Source: Chiloscyllium plagiosum
Lineage: Eukaryota
DNA length: 64,000 bases
NCBI RefSeq assembly: GCF_004010195.1
Contig: NC_057711.1
Coordinates: forward strand, 75,021,561 to 75,085,560
Reading direction: 5' to 3'
In this document: positions 23,217 through 37,885 of the stretch, piece after piece
Layout: each line of letters opens with the position of its first letter
Position numbering within the stretch: position 1 is the first letter of the stretch
The notes under the pieces: generated by a model
Databases searched by the model: none
The model's input: only the letters and a program-made list of their open reading frames with translations
What the model was told of the DNA's origin: nothing
Program-made: the position numbers and the translations under genes

Positions 23217-24423
23217 AAAATGTCTTAAAAGGTGGTGCAACCATGACTGGCTGAATGGCCTTCTTTTGTAGTATACCAATTCTGTTGCAGCAACATGTGA
23301 TTTCAGACTCAGAGCAATGTGATTGACTTTGAACTACGCTATATCTGCTTTCATGCTATGCGATATAGTACAGCTAATGTTTGTCAAATTACCATTGCTT
23401 TCAGTATGGCTGCTTTGTCACTGCTGCAGACTATAAAACCATTTATACTGCTCTGGTTTATTGATTTGCTTCAAATATGTAGAATCAAATTTTCACGAAG
23501 AAGATGAAAATTTGAGTCAGGAAACTTTCCAATCCAGCAGGCACATTTCCTTTGAAATGGCTGCCAAGTGCCATATTTTTATTCCAATGAAGTGGAATGT
23601 GATGTGGTGATGGGTTCACCAATTCAAGAAGCAGGCTCAACATGACTATAGATGTTTGTGGATCATCAGGCTGACAGGTTGGAATGTATCGCTCCATTTG
23701 TTGGCACTAGTTTTAATGATGAATGCCAGACCCTCAACGCCAAACTATCACCACCTCACTTCCACCTTCATGCCCCGATACTCTCCATGCCCACAAATTC
23801 CCATACCACCTCTGTGCCTCATGCCCCATGCCACTGATAACCCCATGCCATCTCCAGGATTCCCCTTAATCCTTAAATCCCCATGTCCTCTTCTTTGCCG
23901 TTCCAGGCATAATCCATAGCTACCTCCATATATCCACCATGGGCCGATCCTTTAATATCTTTGAGATGGCCATTAAAAGAAACACATTTCTCGCAATCTG
24001 ATAGAGCTGTCATTTCATACTGGAAAGAAAACCTCATCCATAAACTCATTTAATAATGTAAAGTCTTTCAGTATCCAATTTGTTATGAAAAATAAATGTT
24101 TGAGCACTTAGCATCAAAGATTTTTAATAACTTCTTAAATCTGCCAGTAAAAATGAAAACACAGCTTCCCATTTGAGATAAGTGGTATTTTTGCAATTCA
24201 GCCAACCATTCAATATTGCCCCTGCTATCATAAGATACTTGGGATAATCAATAATTGAACTCATTCAAACTGAAACATTGAATGACCTTTCTTTTAAGCT
24301 GCAATTTCTGTTCTGGATCAAATGTTCCATCAATAAATAGAATGCAGTGGATGCTTAGATTTTCTTTAACATTCAATCGCACAGCCATTTTTTAAGAATC
24401 TAACAATCACAGGCATTTATATA

Positions 24424-24508
24424 CTAGGGCTTTTGCCCGAAACGTCGATTTCGCTGCTCCTTGGATGCTGCCTGAACTGCTGTGCTCTTCCAGCACCACT
24501 AATCCAGA
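24424..24508 (+). mobile_element. 85-bp PLE terminal insertion (family A) with perfect 15-bp TSD
   Basis: acaggcatttatata at 24409-24423 and 24509-24523; insert agggcttttgcccgaaacgtcgatttcgctgctccttggatgctgcc. Confidence 0.92.
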
Positions 24509-25739
24509 ACAGGCATTTATATATTAATCCAAAACATGATAGAAAGAGTTGTGAGTGCATTGTGGCATTTTATTAATTAAAAAGTACTGAAATGGATATG
24601 AAAGCAGAAACAATGGCGGTCAATCTACTAAAACAAATTCAACTCCACAAAATGTGATGGTTTCTGTCATTCTCACTCTTACAATGGGATAGGCAAAGGC
24701 AAGATTGCTCTTTGTGAGTATATTGCTTTTACAGTGATCCCTGTATCATACAAATACCTGATGATGGAAATGGGATGAGGATCCTGGAATCAGGTCCCAT
24801 TTGCCATTTTCAAGGATTCCCATCTCTGTTCCAATGCGGGTGGAGACATCACAACCAGGGCATATTCCTAATTCACTTCTTGAAATCACAATATATTATA
24901 AACTGGAAATTGAAGTATTTTGCTTTGAATCCTTTCTGCTCATTCATATTCAGATCATTTGTAGTTAGGGCTGATTTTGAGAAAATCTTATTCACCCTTT
25001 CTTTACATTTATAACTTAGGTCTTTCCTGCTGTGCAGTCTAAAATACAGTGATGCTTCTCATTTGAATGTAAAGATCTGTTGCTTTTCCTTCGGGTCACT
25101 TGAAATTTATCAGTGTTTCTGAAAGTCAATCCATTAAGTAGCCAGTCTTATTCGCCATTGTTCTAAAATGACAACTTTGGTTCAGAATTTCCCACTGTTC
25201 TTTTGTTGATCATACACAAAATTTGTACAAAATTCATAAATTCTGTCATAATATTTTTATATTAAATTATTTTTGATTATTAAAGAGCCTGGTTTGAAAT
25301 TCTTTGCATATTCTTTAAAAATCACAATCAAGTGGAAGGAATGTTTATGCTTTCCATGTCCATCATCAATGTGTTTATGAATTTCTCCAATCACAAATTT
25401 TCATAAACTCATTCACAAAAGCTTGTTAAGATTGGACCAGAAATAATAACTTCAGAAAACCATAGGTACCAACATCACAGCTCTATGGTCCAAACTTTCC
25501 ATTGGCCAGTGAGCCATTATTCCAGCATAGATGGTACCCCACAGAATCACCATCACAGTAGATTCCAAAGGAATTGCCTGGGAAACAGAAGATTCTGTTG
25601 GACAATTCCTATATGTTTTGAACCCTCTGAAAGAATCCATTTAAATGAGAGACTTGAGAACGTTCTGACAAAATTAAGTAATTGTTACTCAGGAAAAGTT
25701 TGACTATTACATCCATAGTCTAACTCCTGAGTTACTATT

Positions 25740-26310
25740 CAACTGACTCCATACTTACCTCACATACCCCAACTTCAAACTTACTCCAGACCACTTACAT
25801 TCCCAGACTTAGAAATGACACTCCATACTCTTCCAACAGGATGTGATGCTCCCACTCTGCTCTGGACTCAACATCCCCTCTTCCTCCACTCCGGCCCTGC
25901 CTATGTTTGTCCCTTGCTGCACTCCAGGTCTGCCACACCCCTATCCTCACTTTGGATCTCCTGCACCCCATCCCCAATCTGGATCTGTTCTGCCTGTACA
26001 CGCCCTACCTTGGGACCTTATCCCATTATTTCCCTGCTTCCAGACCTGACAACACCTCTACCTCCAACTCTCTCCCCTGGACTTGAGCTTCACTCCCTCT
26101 CAAAACATTCCTGATTTGAAATCTCCCACCCATCCAATTTACCCTAAACACTAGAACACTTATCTGACCCCTTTGCCATCTTTCAACTTAGCACCCTATC
26201 CACCTTCACTCTGCCCACTAAAGATCTTAACCCCTCCCTACCCAGCACCCTACCCCAGGCTCCTTCTCCACTTGACACTCTACTCTTCTGGCACCTTAAA
26301 TTCACACTTG
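25740..26310. repeat. C-rich low-complexity tract
   Basis: Plus strand C/T-rich and G-poor; yields spurious Pro-rich ORFs. Confidence 0.65.
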
Positions 26311-28329
26311 CCGATTACATTATTGTTTGACAGCAGCTGTCAGAGCAGTTATGATTTTGGACCTGCAGAATAGGACAGCTCACTGCTATGAACCATCTCC
26401 TCCCAACAATTCTGCACCACGACAGAACTGTTAGAATGAAGATTTGCCACTGCATTTCCGAAGGAGCTCTGAACACAATGCCCTGTCAGAAGTGGGAGCA
26501 CTGTCTTTTCATTAAAGAAGAAGGGATAGCATGGCACTTTGTCTGAGATTGCCACTCCTCGAAAAATCCAACTCAATAGCGTTCAGACAATTGACTTCTC
26601 ATATTCGTTTGTTAACTGTCCTCTTCCATATGCAGTAACATGAAACAGAAGATTCCTGGAAGCCTGTGATTCTCTGCCATTTAAGAATCTAGATACTTGC
26701 GATCACACTACCATGTCTAAAGTCCTTCAATGTTATGAGATTCACCATAACAGTGAGATAGCCCTGATTGGATGACATCCAGTCTGCTTTACAAAGATGA
26801 CAAATCTAGCTTTTCAAAAGTAGACAAGTGCGTGAGTGGGCAGTTAGAACTAGTGCTGACTCAGATTAATATTCACAGGACTGCAACTTGAAGAAAGCCT
26901 GTGGAGCTTCTGCTGAGAATATTTTAGAGGCATTTTTGGAGGAGGAATACTCAGCTTGAATATGACAGCTCATTGACTTGTCAAAAAAAAGACAGCAACA
27001 AAAAAAAACTCAACACCACCATTTTATTCCGACAGTGGATCCATGAAGCAGCATGATATTATCCTTCTATAAAATGACAGAAACCTATTGTAATCTTGTT
27101 TTTCAAAAGTAATGATCCCAGTGAGGCAAGCCCTGATGATCAAAATTCCAATATTTATCAAGTAGATAATAAGAATCTTGATTATATAGGAAAATAATAG
27201 GTGGCTCAAGCTGTGTATATTAGAGAAGCTTGTTGAAAAATGCTGAACATTGCCTTTGCAATTTGCTGCACAAATTATTGTTGATGCTTTGTTAAACAAC
27301 AGCACAGTTTCTAATATTTAAACTATAGAAATACTATGTGGAAAGAAAATAACTCTCTCCAGACTGCAAGAAGGATTAAGGAATAAATGATAAAGAAATA
27401 TGCAAGACAGTATTGCTAATCAGGGCAAGGCTAGAAAAGGACAGCTGTACATTAAATGAATGGACAAAACTGTCACTGGTGGAATCCAATATGGGGAAAT
27501 GTATATTTATCAGGAAGGGATGTTCCTGTTGAATTGATAAGGTGAAATAGTGATATATTACAGGCCTTCAAAATTGTGAATGATTTTGGTACACATCAGA
27601 CAGGTGTGTCCACTCATGAAGAAAAGTGAAAATAGAGGGCATGAATGAATCACCAAAAAAAGGGAACAGAAAATTCAGAAGCAACATCTTTACTCAAAGT
27701 TGTGACAATATGGAACTAAATACACGAGAAGTGATTGAGGTGGAATAATATCAAATACATTTAAAGGTAGCCAAGATAAGCAAGTGAAAGCAAGGGAAAT
27801 GGAGGACCACATTGATAAAATTAAATAACGATGCAAGGAATGAGACAGGGTGGGTGGGATCATAAACAGTATTAAAAAAAAGACTTTGGAATGAGGAAAA
27901 ATTGATCAGCATATTTTTTTCAAATCGTGAGAAGTTAGTATTATGATCCTAGCTGATTTTATTACTGGGCATGTCAAATGCCAGACTTTAGTTTGACAGA
28001 TCACATTTTGGAATGAAACATAACTTTCACTGACCTCAAAAGACTGCAGATTTGGTTTTTACAATAAAATAGAGGTATTTATGCAAAAGAAATTAAGATG
28101 AAATAGAATAAGCCAAACTATTCAAAAATGCTACAAATTTAATGATTTAGAAACAACTCGTAAAATATAATCCCATCAATCCCCAAAACTCTCCTTTCAC
28201 AATACTCATACCAGAGAGAATTGCCTTCTCTTTCATATCTACATTAATTTAACGACACCTGGAGAACTTATTAAAAGATAGCAGGCAAGTGAAAAAAAAG
28301 TTTCATCGTTTGATAACTATGATCACACA

Positions 28330-29075
28330 GTATTTGAAAGCAAAACAGTGAAAGCCAAATTAAGTTCCTGTTATGTTTTATCTGAAGTACTGCAATCAGC
28401 TTTGGTTACCACAAATCAGAAAGAATGAATTGGACTTCAGGTGGGTGAAACAAAGATTGACCACAACAATAATTAAATCAAAGTACTGGATGTGCTTGAG
28501 ATCTGAAATAAAAGCACAAATTGTTGGAGAAACTCATCGGGTCTGGCAGCATCTGTGGAAACAATAACTGAGAAGAACTGAAGACAAGTCATGTTGTCAA
28601 AACATTAAGTGTTTCACTATCTACAAATGCTATTCACAGGTTTGTTATTCTTGAACATAATTACATTTAAGATCTTAACAGTTTTCAAATATTGACATGA
28701 GTCACTGTCTCAGATTCAGTACTAGTTTCTTTGGGGAAAGAAGTGGTGAACACTTGGAAAAATCTAGAAGAAGACCTTATTTTCTCTGACCAGGATCGGA
28801 TAACTTAAAACTTAAAAGTTAATAATCTGGAGCTAGCCCCTTCAGAAAGCACTTCTAAAAGAATGTTAAAAACTCTTCCTGACAAAATTGTTGAGGCAAA
28901 GTCAATTTTAATTTCAAAACTAAAATCTAGTTTTATGATTTTAGGAAAAGGTATTAAGGGATATGGAATCAAAATGAATAAACAGAGTTCAAACCAGATC
29001 AGTCATGGTCTGATTGAATATAACACAACAAACTCAAACAGCTAAATGATCTGTTCCTCTTACTATGTTCCTAAT
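28330..29075 (+). mobile_element. Very old CR1 3' fragments with an intervening PLE-like piece
   Basis: LKYCNQLWLPQIRK and TLPDKIVEAKS..GKGIKGYG resemble the CR1 ORF2 end; 28485-28640 resembles a PLE terminus. Confidence 0.55.
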
Positions 29076-29289
29076 TAACATCCCCCAACTTAATAAGCAC
29101 TTTATACAGACTGCTGCAGAAAGGGATGGGGGATCCATGAAAATGTTCCCTGCAGTGTTTGCCCTGACTGTCATTACTCGTACCTTGTGATATCTGCCTC
29201 CTCTGTCAGTATGCAGCACAGACTAATTTTTTTTTGTGAGAGTTTGTTGACACCAATCCTTCTTTTTCTGCCCCTTGGTGTTTCACTGC

Positions 29290-31075
29290 ATGATTAGTAA
29301 ATTTACAGACAATACCAAAATTAGTGATATAGTAGTGAGGACGATTAGCTAATATTACAAAGGGATCCTACAGAAAATGAGATTGGAGAATTAATTATAT
29401 AAAATAAAGAAATTACAGATGAAGTGAACAGGTATTTTATATCAGTATTCACTACACAGGATACAAATAACAATTCTGAAGCCATGATAAATTAGGAAAT
29501 GGAAGAGATGGGATGGGGCACTAATGAAAATGGCAATCTCCACAGAAATGTTACTAAGTAAATTGTTGGAGTTGCAGGCTAACAAGTGCTTGGGTCCTGA
29601 TGGACTTCATCCTAAGGTCTTAAGACCAGTGACTAGTCAGAGAGTTGATGCATTCATTTGAATTTTCCTAAACTCCCTCAATTTGGGGATAGTCCCATTA
29701 AGTTGGAAGATTGTAAATGTAACTCCTTTATTCACAAGGAAGGGAGGAAGAAAACAGGAAGTGACCGGCCATATAGCTTAACACCTGTCATTGAGAAAAT
29801 GTTTGAAGCTATCATTAAATATAATCAGGCACTTGGATAATTTCAAGATAATCAGGTGGAGTCAAAAGGCAAGGACATATCAATTTGGCCAATCTATTAG
29901 AGCTCCTTGAGAGTTAACATATGCTATGGTTAAAGGCAAACTGCTGGATGTACAGTACCAATTATCCCAGAAGGCATTTGATGAGGTACCAGTTAATGGT
30001 TATTGTGAAAAATAATAGCTCATGGAGTGGGATAGCATCTTGGCCTGGTTAGAATGCTGGCAGGTTGATGGGAAGCAGTCAAGCGATGATCACTGGTATT
30101 TTTTAGATTGAAAAGTTGTAACAAATGGTATGTCATTGGATTCTGAACTAGTCCCTCAGCTATTTAGATTTCAAATAACCAGACAGAAGCGATGGTTTCC
30201 ATATTTACCAGTAACACAAAGGTGGTTAAAAAAATAAATTATGCAGAGAACATAAGGAGGCTACAAAAATGCATAGGTTAAATGAGGGAACAAAGATTTA
30301 GCAAATGGAGAATAGAGTGGGAAGATGAGAAAATATCACTTGTGACAAGATAAAAAAAGAAACATATCATCTAACTGGTAAGAGATTGCAGAATTCTGAA
30401 TCGCAGAGGCATCTGGATAATCCTTATGTCTGCGTCACAAAGGGTTCCTATGCTGGTACAGAAAATAATAATGGAAGCTAATGGAATGTTATCATTTAGC
30501 ATGAGGGTAATTGAAAATAGATGCAGGAATATAATGCTTCAGTTACACATTATACCAGTAAGACTGCAATTGGAATACTCTGCATCATATTGGTCACGTT
30601 AGTTTCGGAGGTATGTTTACCAGATCTGGAATAGGCGAGATTTCTTATGAGGAAATATTGGTCAGGCCAGGCTTGTTCACTGGAGTTTGGAAGTGTAAGA
30701 GGTGATTTGATTTAAATATATAAGATCCTGAGGTTCTTGACAGGGTAAATGCAGATAGGAGGTTTTCTCCAATGGGAGAATTGGGAACTTCAGGAGTCAC
30801 CCATTTTAAACAGTCCGTGAAATATTTTCTCTCAAAGGGTCTTTGGAATTTTCTTCTTGAAAAGTTGGTAGAAGCAGAGTCCTTGATTATTTTTTAATGC
30901 ACAAGTAGATAGATTTTTGTTAATGTAGAAGTGAAAAGTAATCAGGGTAAGGCTGAAATGCAGATTTGATGTTCCAATCAGATCAGCCATGAGTTTGTAA
31001 ATTGCAGAGCAGGCTCAAAGGGCTGAATGGCCTACTCTTGCTCTAAATTCATAGGTCGCTATGTCTTGATGTATA
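29290..31075 (+). mobile_element. Decayed CR1 LINE ORF2
   Basis: ggtcctgatggacttcatcctaaggtctta (GPDGLHPKVL), RP.SLTPVIEKMFEAIIK, aaggcatttgat; tail gggctgaatggcctactcttgct. Confidence 0.85.
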
Positions 31076-32029
31076 GTCTCGATGCATGTAATAACTGGAG
31101 ACATATAAGAGAATTGTACCAGGGTTCCCTTGAAGAAATGCATTTTCAACAAGTCACAATGTCATTTACTTCTAATCTTAATACCATGATGTTGATTTTC
31201 TGCATCAATGGACTTGAGCAGGAACAGCCTTGCAGACATTGTAATGTTGCAATCTCTAGGTCCCAAGGCATAGGTATTTAGCCTTTACTGCTGCTGCAGT
31301 TTCTGTAGTTGTTCTGAGTAGTTCTGCAGGCAACAGTTAAAGCCTTTTTCTTAATGGGGTGACAAACTCGATCACCTTCTCATGTGGTCCTTCAGAATTC
31401 TCTTCCAAATATGACCGTTGGGCTTAAGTCAATGAACCAGAATCGTTGTGTTTGCAGATATCCATGCTTGGGGTTCAGATAATTAGGGTGTAAGTTTCAG
31501 GACAACTCATTCAAGTCAATAATACAGATTAGATGGTCTCTGAAATATCACTTTGTCCTTGAGAAACAGCGTGGCAATTTATTATATCCAGTGTCCCTTA
31601 GTAACCAACCTTTGCAGCCTACTAGTTTCTAATTTAAAGAAAAGTTAGTTCCAGAAGATTTAAAACTGAACATGGTCCTCATTTTAAGAACAATGAATAG
31701 AGCATATTTTTAATGTTCATGACAAAAAAAAAGTTGATTACCAGCTTGTACTTATGAATGTCTATTAATACTTACTTTTCTGTTATTTATTGCTGATGCC
31801 AGTAACCATATTTGTTTCCGATCCCTAACTGCCCTCATGATGAGACGTGGATGAGTCATCTTCTTGTTGCCTATCTGATGTGCATACACTAACACTACTG
31901 TTTGGAAGGGACTTCTAGGATTTTGACCCACAAACAGTCATTCAAAGAATGGAAATATAGTTCCAAACCAGAATAATATGCAGCTTGGGAGTATAATGTG
32001 GATCTGATATATCATGTCCTTCTCAGTAG

Positions 32030-34610
32030 CAGAGGTTAAGCAGGGATTGGGAACCAATAGCAGAGGCACAAAGTAGAGAGGAAAACAAGAGCAGAATCAA
32101 AAGACAGAATTGGAAATAAAAACAGTGATTGGTGAAAAATTCACTCCACATTTCAAAATAATTTGAACGGAACTAAAAATGTTAAGAAAACAAGACTTAA
32201 AGCCTTGTGTCTTAATGTGTAGAGCATTAAGAATAAAGTGAATGAATTAGTTATGTAAACAGACATATACAGATATGATACAGTTTGAATTATGGAGACA
32301 TAAATGCAAGGTGACTAGGAATGGTAACTGAATGTCCAGGATGTTCAGTTTTAGGAAGGGTAGACAAAGAGGAAAAGGAGTTGAGTAGCAATGCTAGTCA
32401 AAGCTGAAATTAACACAATGGCGAGTAAGAATATCAATTCTAGTGAAGTGAAATCTGTCCACATAGAGCAGTGAAACACCAAGAGTCAGAAAACAATAGT
32501 GGGTATTGGATACAGACTCGCTAACTGTAGTAGTAATGCGGAGGAAGGCATTAACAGGAAATTAGAATGCAAGCAACAAAGGTACAGCTGTATTTATGGA
32601 TGCCCTTAATCTGCATATAGATTAGGAAAATCAAATGAATGACATTATTGTTCAGGAAGAATTCCTGTTGTGTGTCTGGGATAGTTTTCTGAATCAATAC
32701 ATTTAGGAATCGATTAGAGGATAGGCCATCCTAGACTAGATATTGTGTTATGAGAAAGGAATAATTGGAATCTAACTGTGCAAACCCCTTGGAGAAGAGT
32801 GACCATAATATGATAGATTTCTTATTTAAGATGGAGAGTGATCTAGCTGATTCTGAGACCAGGGTCCTGAATTCAAATAGAGAAAACCATGAAGGTATGA
32901 GGTACAAGCTGGCTATGATTAATTGGTGAGCATTACTTAAACATACAATGGCGGATAGGCAATAGAAAACATTTAAAGAGCACGTGGAGAAACTGCAACA
33001 ATTGCTCATTCCTGACTTGCACAAAAATAAAATGGGAAAGTTTGTCCATCCATAGCTACAAGGAAAATTAGCGATAGTATTAGATCCATACAGATTGGCC
33101 AGAAAGAGCAGCAAACCTGAGGATTGGGAACAGTTTAGATTTCAGCAGAGAAAAGGAATTGATTAAGAAGACAAGAATCGAGTACAAGAGGAGAAAATAC
33201 AAATTGATTGCAAAACCTGCTATAGATATGTGAAAAGGAAAAGATTAATGGAGATAAACGTGTATGCCTTACAATCAGAAACAGTGGAAGTTATAATGGG
33301 GAACAATAATAGCAGACAAATAAAGTAAAAATTTTGATTCTGTCTTCACATAGGAGGATACAAGTAACGTCCCAAAAGTATTAGAGAACGCAGAGTCTAG
33401 TGAGAGAGAGGAACTGAAAGAAATCTGTACTGAGTAGAGAAATGGTGTTAGGGAAATTGATGGCAAACAAATTCCCATGGCCTGACAAACTACACTTCAG
33501 AATACTTAGCGAAGTGACCCTGGAAATAATAGTTACATTGGTGATCATCTTTTAAGATTCTATCGACTCTGGAACGTTCCTATGGAATGGAAGTTAGTGA
33601 ATGTAACCCCAATATTTAAAAAACGACGGACAGAGAAAATGAAATTTAGAAGGGTCAGCCTGACTTTGGTGGTGGGGAATCTCCTAAAGTCTATTTTAAA
33701 AGATCTAAAAGCAGAACACTTGGAAAACAGTGGCAGGATTGGACACAGACAGCATGGATTCATGAAAGAAAAAATCACACTTGACAAATTTATTAGAATT
33801 TTTTGAGGATGCAACTGGGAGCATTGATGTGGTTTCCTTGGACTCTCAGAAGTTGTTCAATAAGGTATAACATTGGGATTGAGGTAGTATACTGACATGG
33901 ATAGAGAATTGGTTGGCAAACAGGAAACCAAGAGTAGGAATTGATGGGTCATTTTCTAAGTGGTAGCCAGTGAATAGTGGAGTACCACAGAGATCAGTGC
34001 TTGGACCCCAGCTATTCACAATATATATTAATGATTAAGATGAGGGAATCAAAACTAATATCTCCAAGTTTGTCGACAACCCTAAACTGAGTAGCAGGGT
34101 GAACTGCGAGGACAATGCGAAGATGCTGCAGTGTGTTAGAAGTTGAGTGACTGGGCAAATGCATGGAAGATTAGGTATAGTGTTGCAATTGATGAGCTTT
34201 GGTGTGACCACACCTGGAGTAATATGCACAGTTTTGCTCTCCGTAGAGAGTAAGAATGTTCTGGTTGTGGAGATGGTGCAACAACGATTTACCAGATTGA
34301 TCCCTTGAGACAGTAGAGCTGATGCATGGAGAGAAGCTGGATCAATGGAGTGGAGTTTAGAAAATGAGGGGGGAATCTCATAAAAACCTATAAAATTCTA
34401 ACTGGACTAGACAAGGAAAACAGGAAGGATGTTCCTGATGACTGGGTTGACCAGAATCAGGGGGCCCCAATGAAAGGATATGAGGTAAGCCATTTAGAGC
34501 TGAGATGACGAGAAATGTTTTCACCTGTACAGGGATGAGAAGAAAGAATTCTCAGCCATGGAAAGCAATTGAGGCCAAAATATTGAAGGTTTTCAAGAAG
34601 GAGATAGATA
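32030..34610 (+). mobile_element. Decayed CR1 LINE ORF2 from APE endonuclease to near 3' end, with deletions
   Basis: LKALCLNV*SIKNKVNEL (APE N-terminus), ttggagaagagtgaccat (SDH), WKLVNVTPIFKK..VSLTLVVGNLL..QHGF, SKFVD. Confidence 0.88.
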
Positions 34611-35460
34611 TACATACTTCCCTTACCATGCTATTTGCTTTGCGGTTCCTCAACTCTACACATACAGATTCTATGCCTTCCAACTCTGTAATAAGCTTTC
34701 TATTAATTTCATTTTATTTTTTTACAATCAAGGGAAGACCACCCCTTCTGCCCATCTGCCTGGCCTTTCGAAAGGAAATATATCCTTGGATGTTTAGCTC
34801 CCAGCCCTGTTTCCCTTACAGCCACATCTCTGTGATATCCACAACATTGTACCTGCAAATTTCAATCTGCACTACAGGCTCATGTGCCTAGTTTTGTATA
34901 CTATGTGCATTTAAGTGCAACTCTCTTAATCCTGTGTTAACTGCCCCCCCCCCCCCCCTCCCATTCTCATAGCTGAATCCTCATCTGCTCCTGAGGTTAG
35001 ATTCCTGAGCTGTTCCAAAATCTCCATCCTATTACTTGTTGTGAAAGTTTCTATAACCTTTGCTGAGCCCCCCTCACAAAACCATCCCTTTATAACCGTT
35101 TTGCATAATTTTATGTGCAACTGAATCCACACACCTACACCTCCAAACCTCACTGACTTCCTCGGATGCTGCCTGACCTCCTGCACTTTTCCAGGAGAAC
35201 CTCTTTCCTCTTTCTGCCTATATCATTGGTATCTACTTGGACCAAGCCAACTGGATATTTCCCCTCCCACTCTGAGTATCTTGAACCCAGACACCAGGCA
35301 GGCAACACAGCCTATGAGACTCTTGATCCTGGCCACAGTGTCTATTCCCCTAACTATATTATCCCTGATTACAACCACATTTCTCATTTCTCTCCCTTTT
35401 GAATAGCTCCCTGTACCATGGTGCTATGGCCAGGTTGTCAAATATTTTGTTTTTAATTCT
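34611..35460 (-). mobile_element. 5' part of a CR1 LINE: ORF1 SGNH-esterase remnant and APE N-terminus
   Basis: Minus strand VVVIRDNIVRGID, HRLCCLPG, VQVDTNDIG, then LNAHSIQN..DITEMWL..GWELNIQGY. Confidence 0.78.
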
Positions 35461-37885
35461 TCTCAAAGTATTGCAATTTTCATTGTGAACTCCACTACCC
35501 TGGAATACTTCATTACCACCCACCTGTGATCATTTGGACTTGTCTATACTTACTTGTCTTGCCTGGAACACTTCCACGGTTCCTTTGCAGTGGTACATTT
35601 TGTCCCAATTTTGCACACCAGCCAACCAGCCTTTCCTTTAGATCCCAGACTGCTTCCAATCTGAGTTACAGCAAACATCAGCCAGACCCCTGTCAAAAAG
35701 TTGAAACCATTATCTTTTGCTCCTTGTAAGAAAAAATGCAGTTTGCAAGTTCAATAAAACTAAAGCATGTCAGTTTTGAATCAATGTTCCGTACTACTTT
35801 TGAGGTGGCTATCAATGTTTAAATTTCAAGCAAAGGCATTTAAAGTGAGAATAATTTTGAAAACACATAAGGTATTTAATAGATATCTAAACCACTACTT
35901 GAGATTTTGTTTTGTAAACACAATTCCACTGTCTTTGTTTGTGGATTGTCTACCAATTGCTAAAAGTTAAATCAGTTGCATTGTGAAACAAATATAAGTT
36001 TTGAATACTTCATACAATATGCATGTTATTGATTTCCAAGCATCCTTGCTATCCATCCTCATTATAAAATAGAACTTGGAAGTCAAACAGTTTTGTTTTA
36101 TAATGAGATATGTCATATAGTGAATGTCATATATATAACGTAATAGTCAGAATCCAAGGCTCAATAGTCTTATAATTGGTACAGTATCACAATGAGGATG
36201 GCCTGTGCTGTTTCTTGCTAATTTGTAGGAAATATGTGCATGTATGGAATTTGATATTAACCAGGTACCATTTTGGATGCTTTGAAACATCTACTAATAC
36301 TGTAGCTATATCCTAGTGTTTACAGTTGGTCCTTGCACTACAGTGAATCTTTTACCTATTTAATGCCAAAGCCATGTCAATAATTGTCTGGTGACACTAG
36401 AATCACAGAGTTCAGATTCACAGTGCCAGTAATTTTGACACAATGAGAACTGATTGATGTAAAATTGGATGGTGAGGGTGGAGGTTTGTGATCTTGTGGC
36501 TGAGGAGTTCCTGCCCATTTCTGGTGTGGCTCATGCTAATGAACAGGTTGTGAAATGCCATAACACTGACATCTTGTATGATAGTGAGAGCTGCAGATTG
36601 GTAGTGGGCATTGGAGTAGCAATGTGTTCCTGACTTAGCGGGTACTCAGATGGAATTCAACTATAGACAGATAAAGTGTGATGGTTGAACAATGATAAGT
36701 GGGGTTGTAAGAATGAGGGATTGTCAGCCAATGCTAGCTATGTGTCATGAGCCATGTGGGTTTAGGGCTACTGTGGTATGACATTGTGAGTGATCAGCAT
36801 GCCAGATTGCTAATGCTTGTCTGGTGGATAGCAGTCTTTCAAAGATTGTCTTCCAGTGGGTATCTGCTGAGTCGTGAATTATTCTGGGGATGGCATGTGG
36901 TAAACTGGATCTAGAATTTGAAATAACAGATGCTATCTTGGACACTAGGTAATTAACGCAGTGAATTTTATAAGATGCTGTGAAAACTCTTGCTTGGCAT
37001 AATGGGAAAAAAATCTCTACGTAACGTAGCCAAAAAATACTTACGTTTTAGCCCCTTGCCTCCACTCACAATCTGTATGAGGTCTCCGTGAAGTACAATT
37101 CAGGATATGCCTTCTTTGATCTGGGATCTGTTAGGATAGGTAACTTTTTCTTTCATTTTAATGTACTGATCAATCTTACCATTATAAGGTATTTAAAATC
37201 AGTATCATTTCAATTTTACTTTAAGACTGCTGTTCTTTAGACTTGTATTCTTGTTTTCAGCTTTGCTATTTTAAAACTAATATCTGTAGAACTTACTAGA
37301 TTCTGTAAGTTGCAGTATTTCCCTTATTTGCCAGTATTTTTAACTTTGCATTTTTGAATACCAAATTTGATTGTTCAATGAAGATTTAAATAATATTATC
37401 AGCTGTTCTATTATAATTTATTATTTTCAAAACATGTTTGTTTGCAATAACGTATGCTTACTGCTTACTGTGCTTTCTCACTTTTTAAGGTTTTCCTGTC
37501 ATTTTAACAATGAGGTGGTGCCCACCCACTTAGAATGGAATAGAATAGTCATTTACTTTCACTTGTACTAATCACAAAACAAAACAGTGAAAAGTATTTC
37601 TTGCTTTCAAGATGGCAATCTTACTGCTGTTTTTGGTTAAAATAAACTCTGTCCCACTTTCAAGGTCTAAAACACCAAATGCACTCTTCTCCACAACTGT
37701 TGAAATAAAATTCTCCAGCTCTGGACTTTATAAACGTTCTTGTCAATATTACACCAGTTCTGCTGCAAGGAAAACGGAAAGGTCCAGAAAATAAGTTTAG
37801 ACGAAGGTGACAGATGTGGGAAGTTCTCACAATTTAGTTAAGCTGAAAACTAACCAAATTAAAGAAATCTGGACAAAGAGTCTTA

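Noticed and set aside
25452..26373. Cluster of overlapping ORFs
   Set aside because: Mostly explained by C-rich low complexity; no recognisable protein
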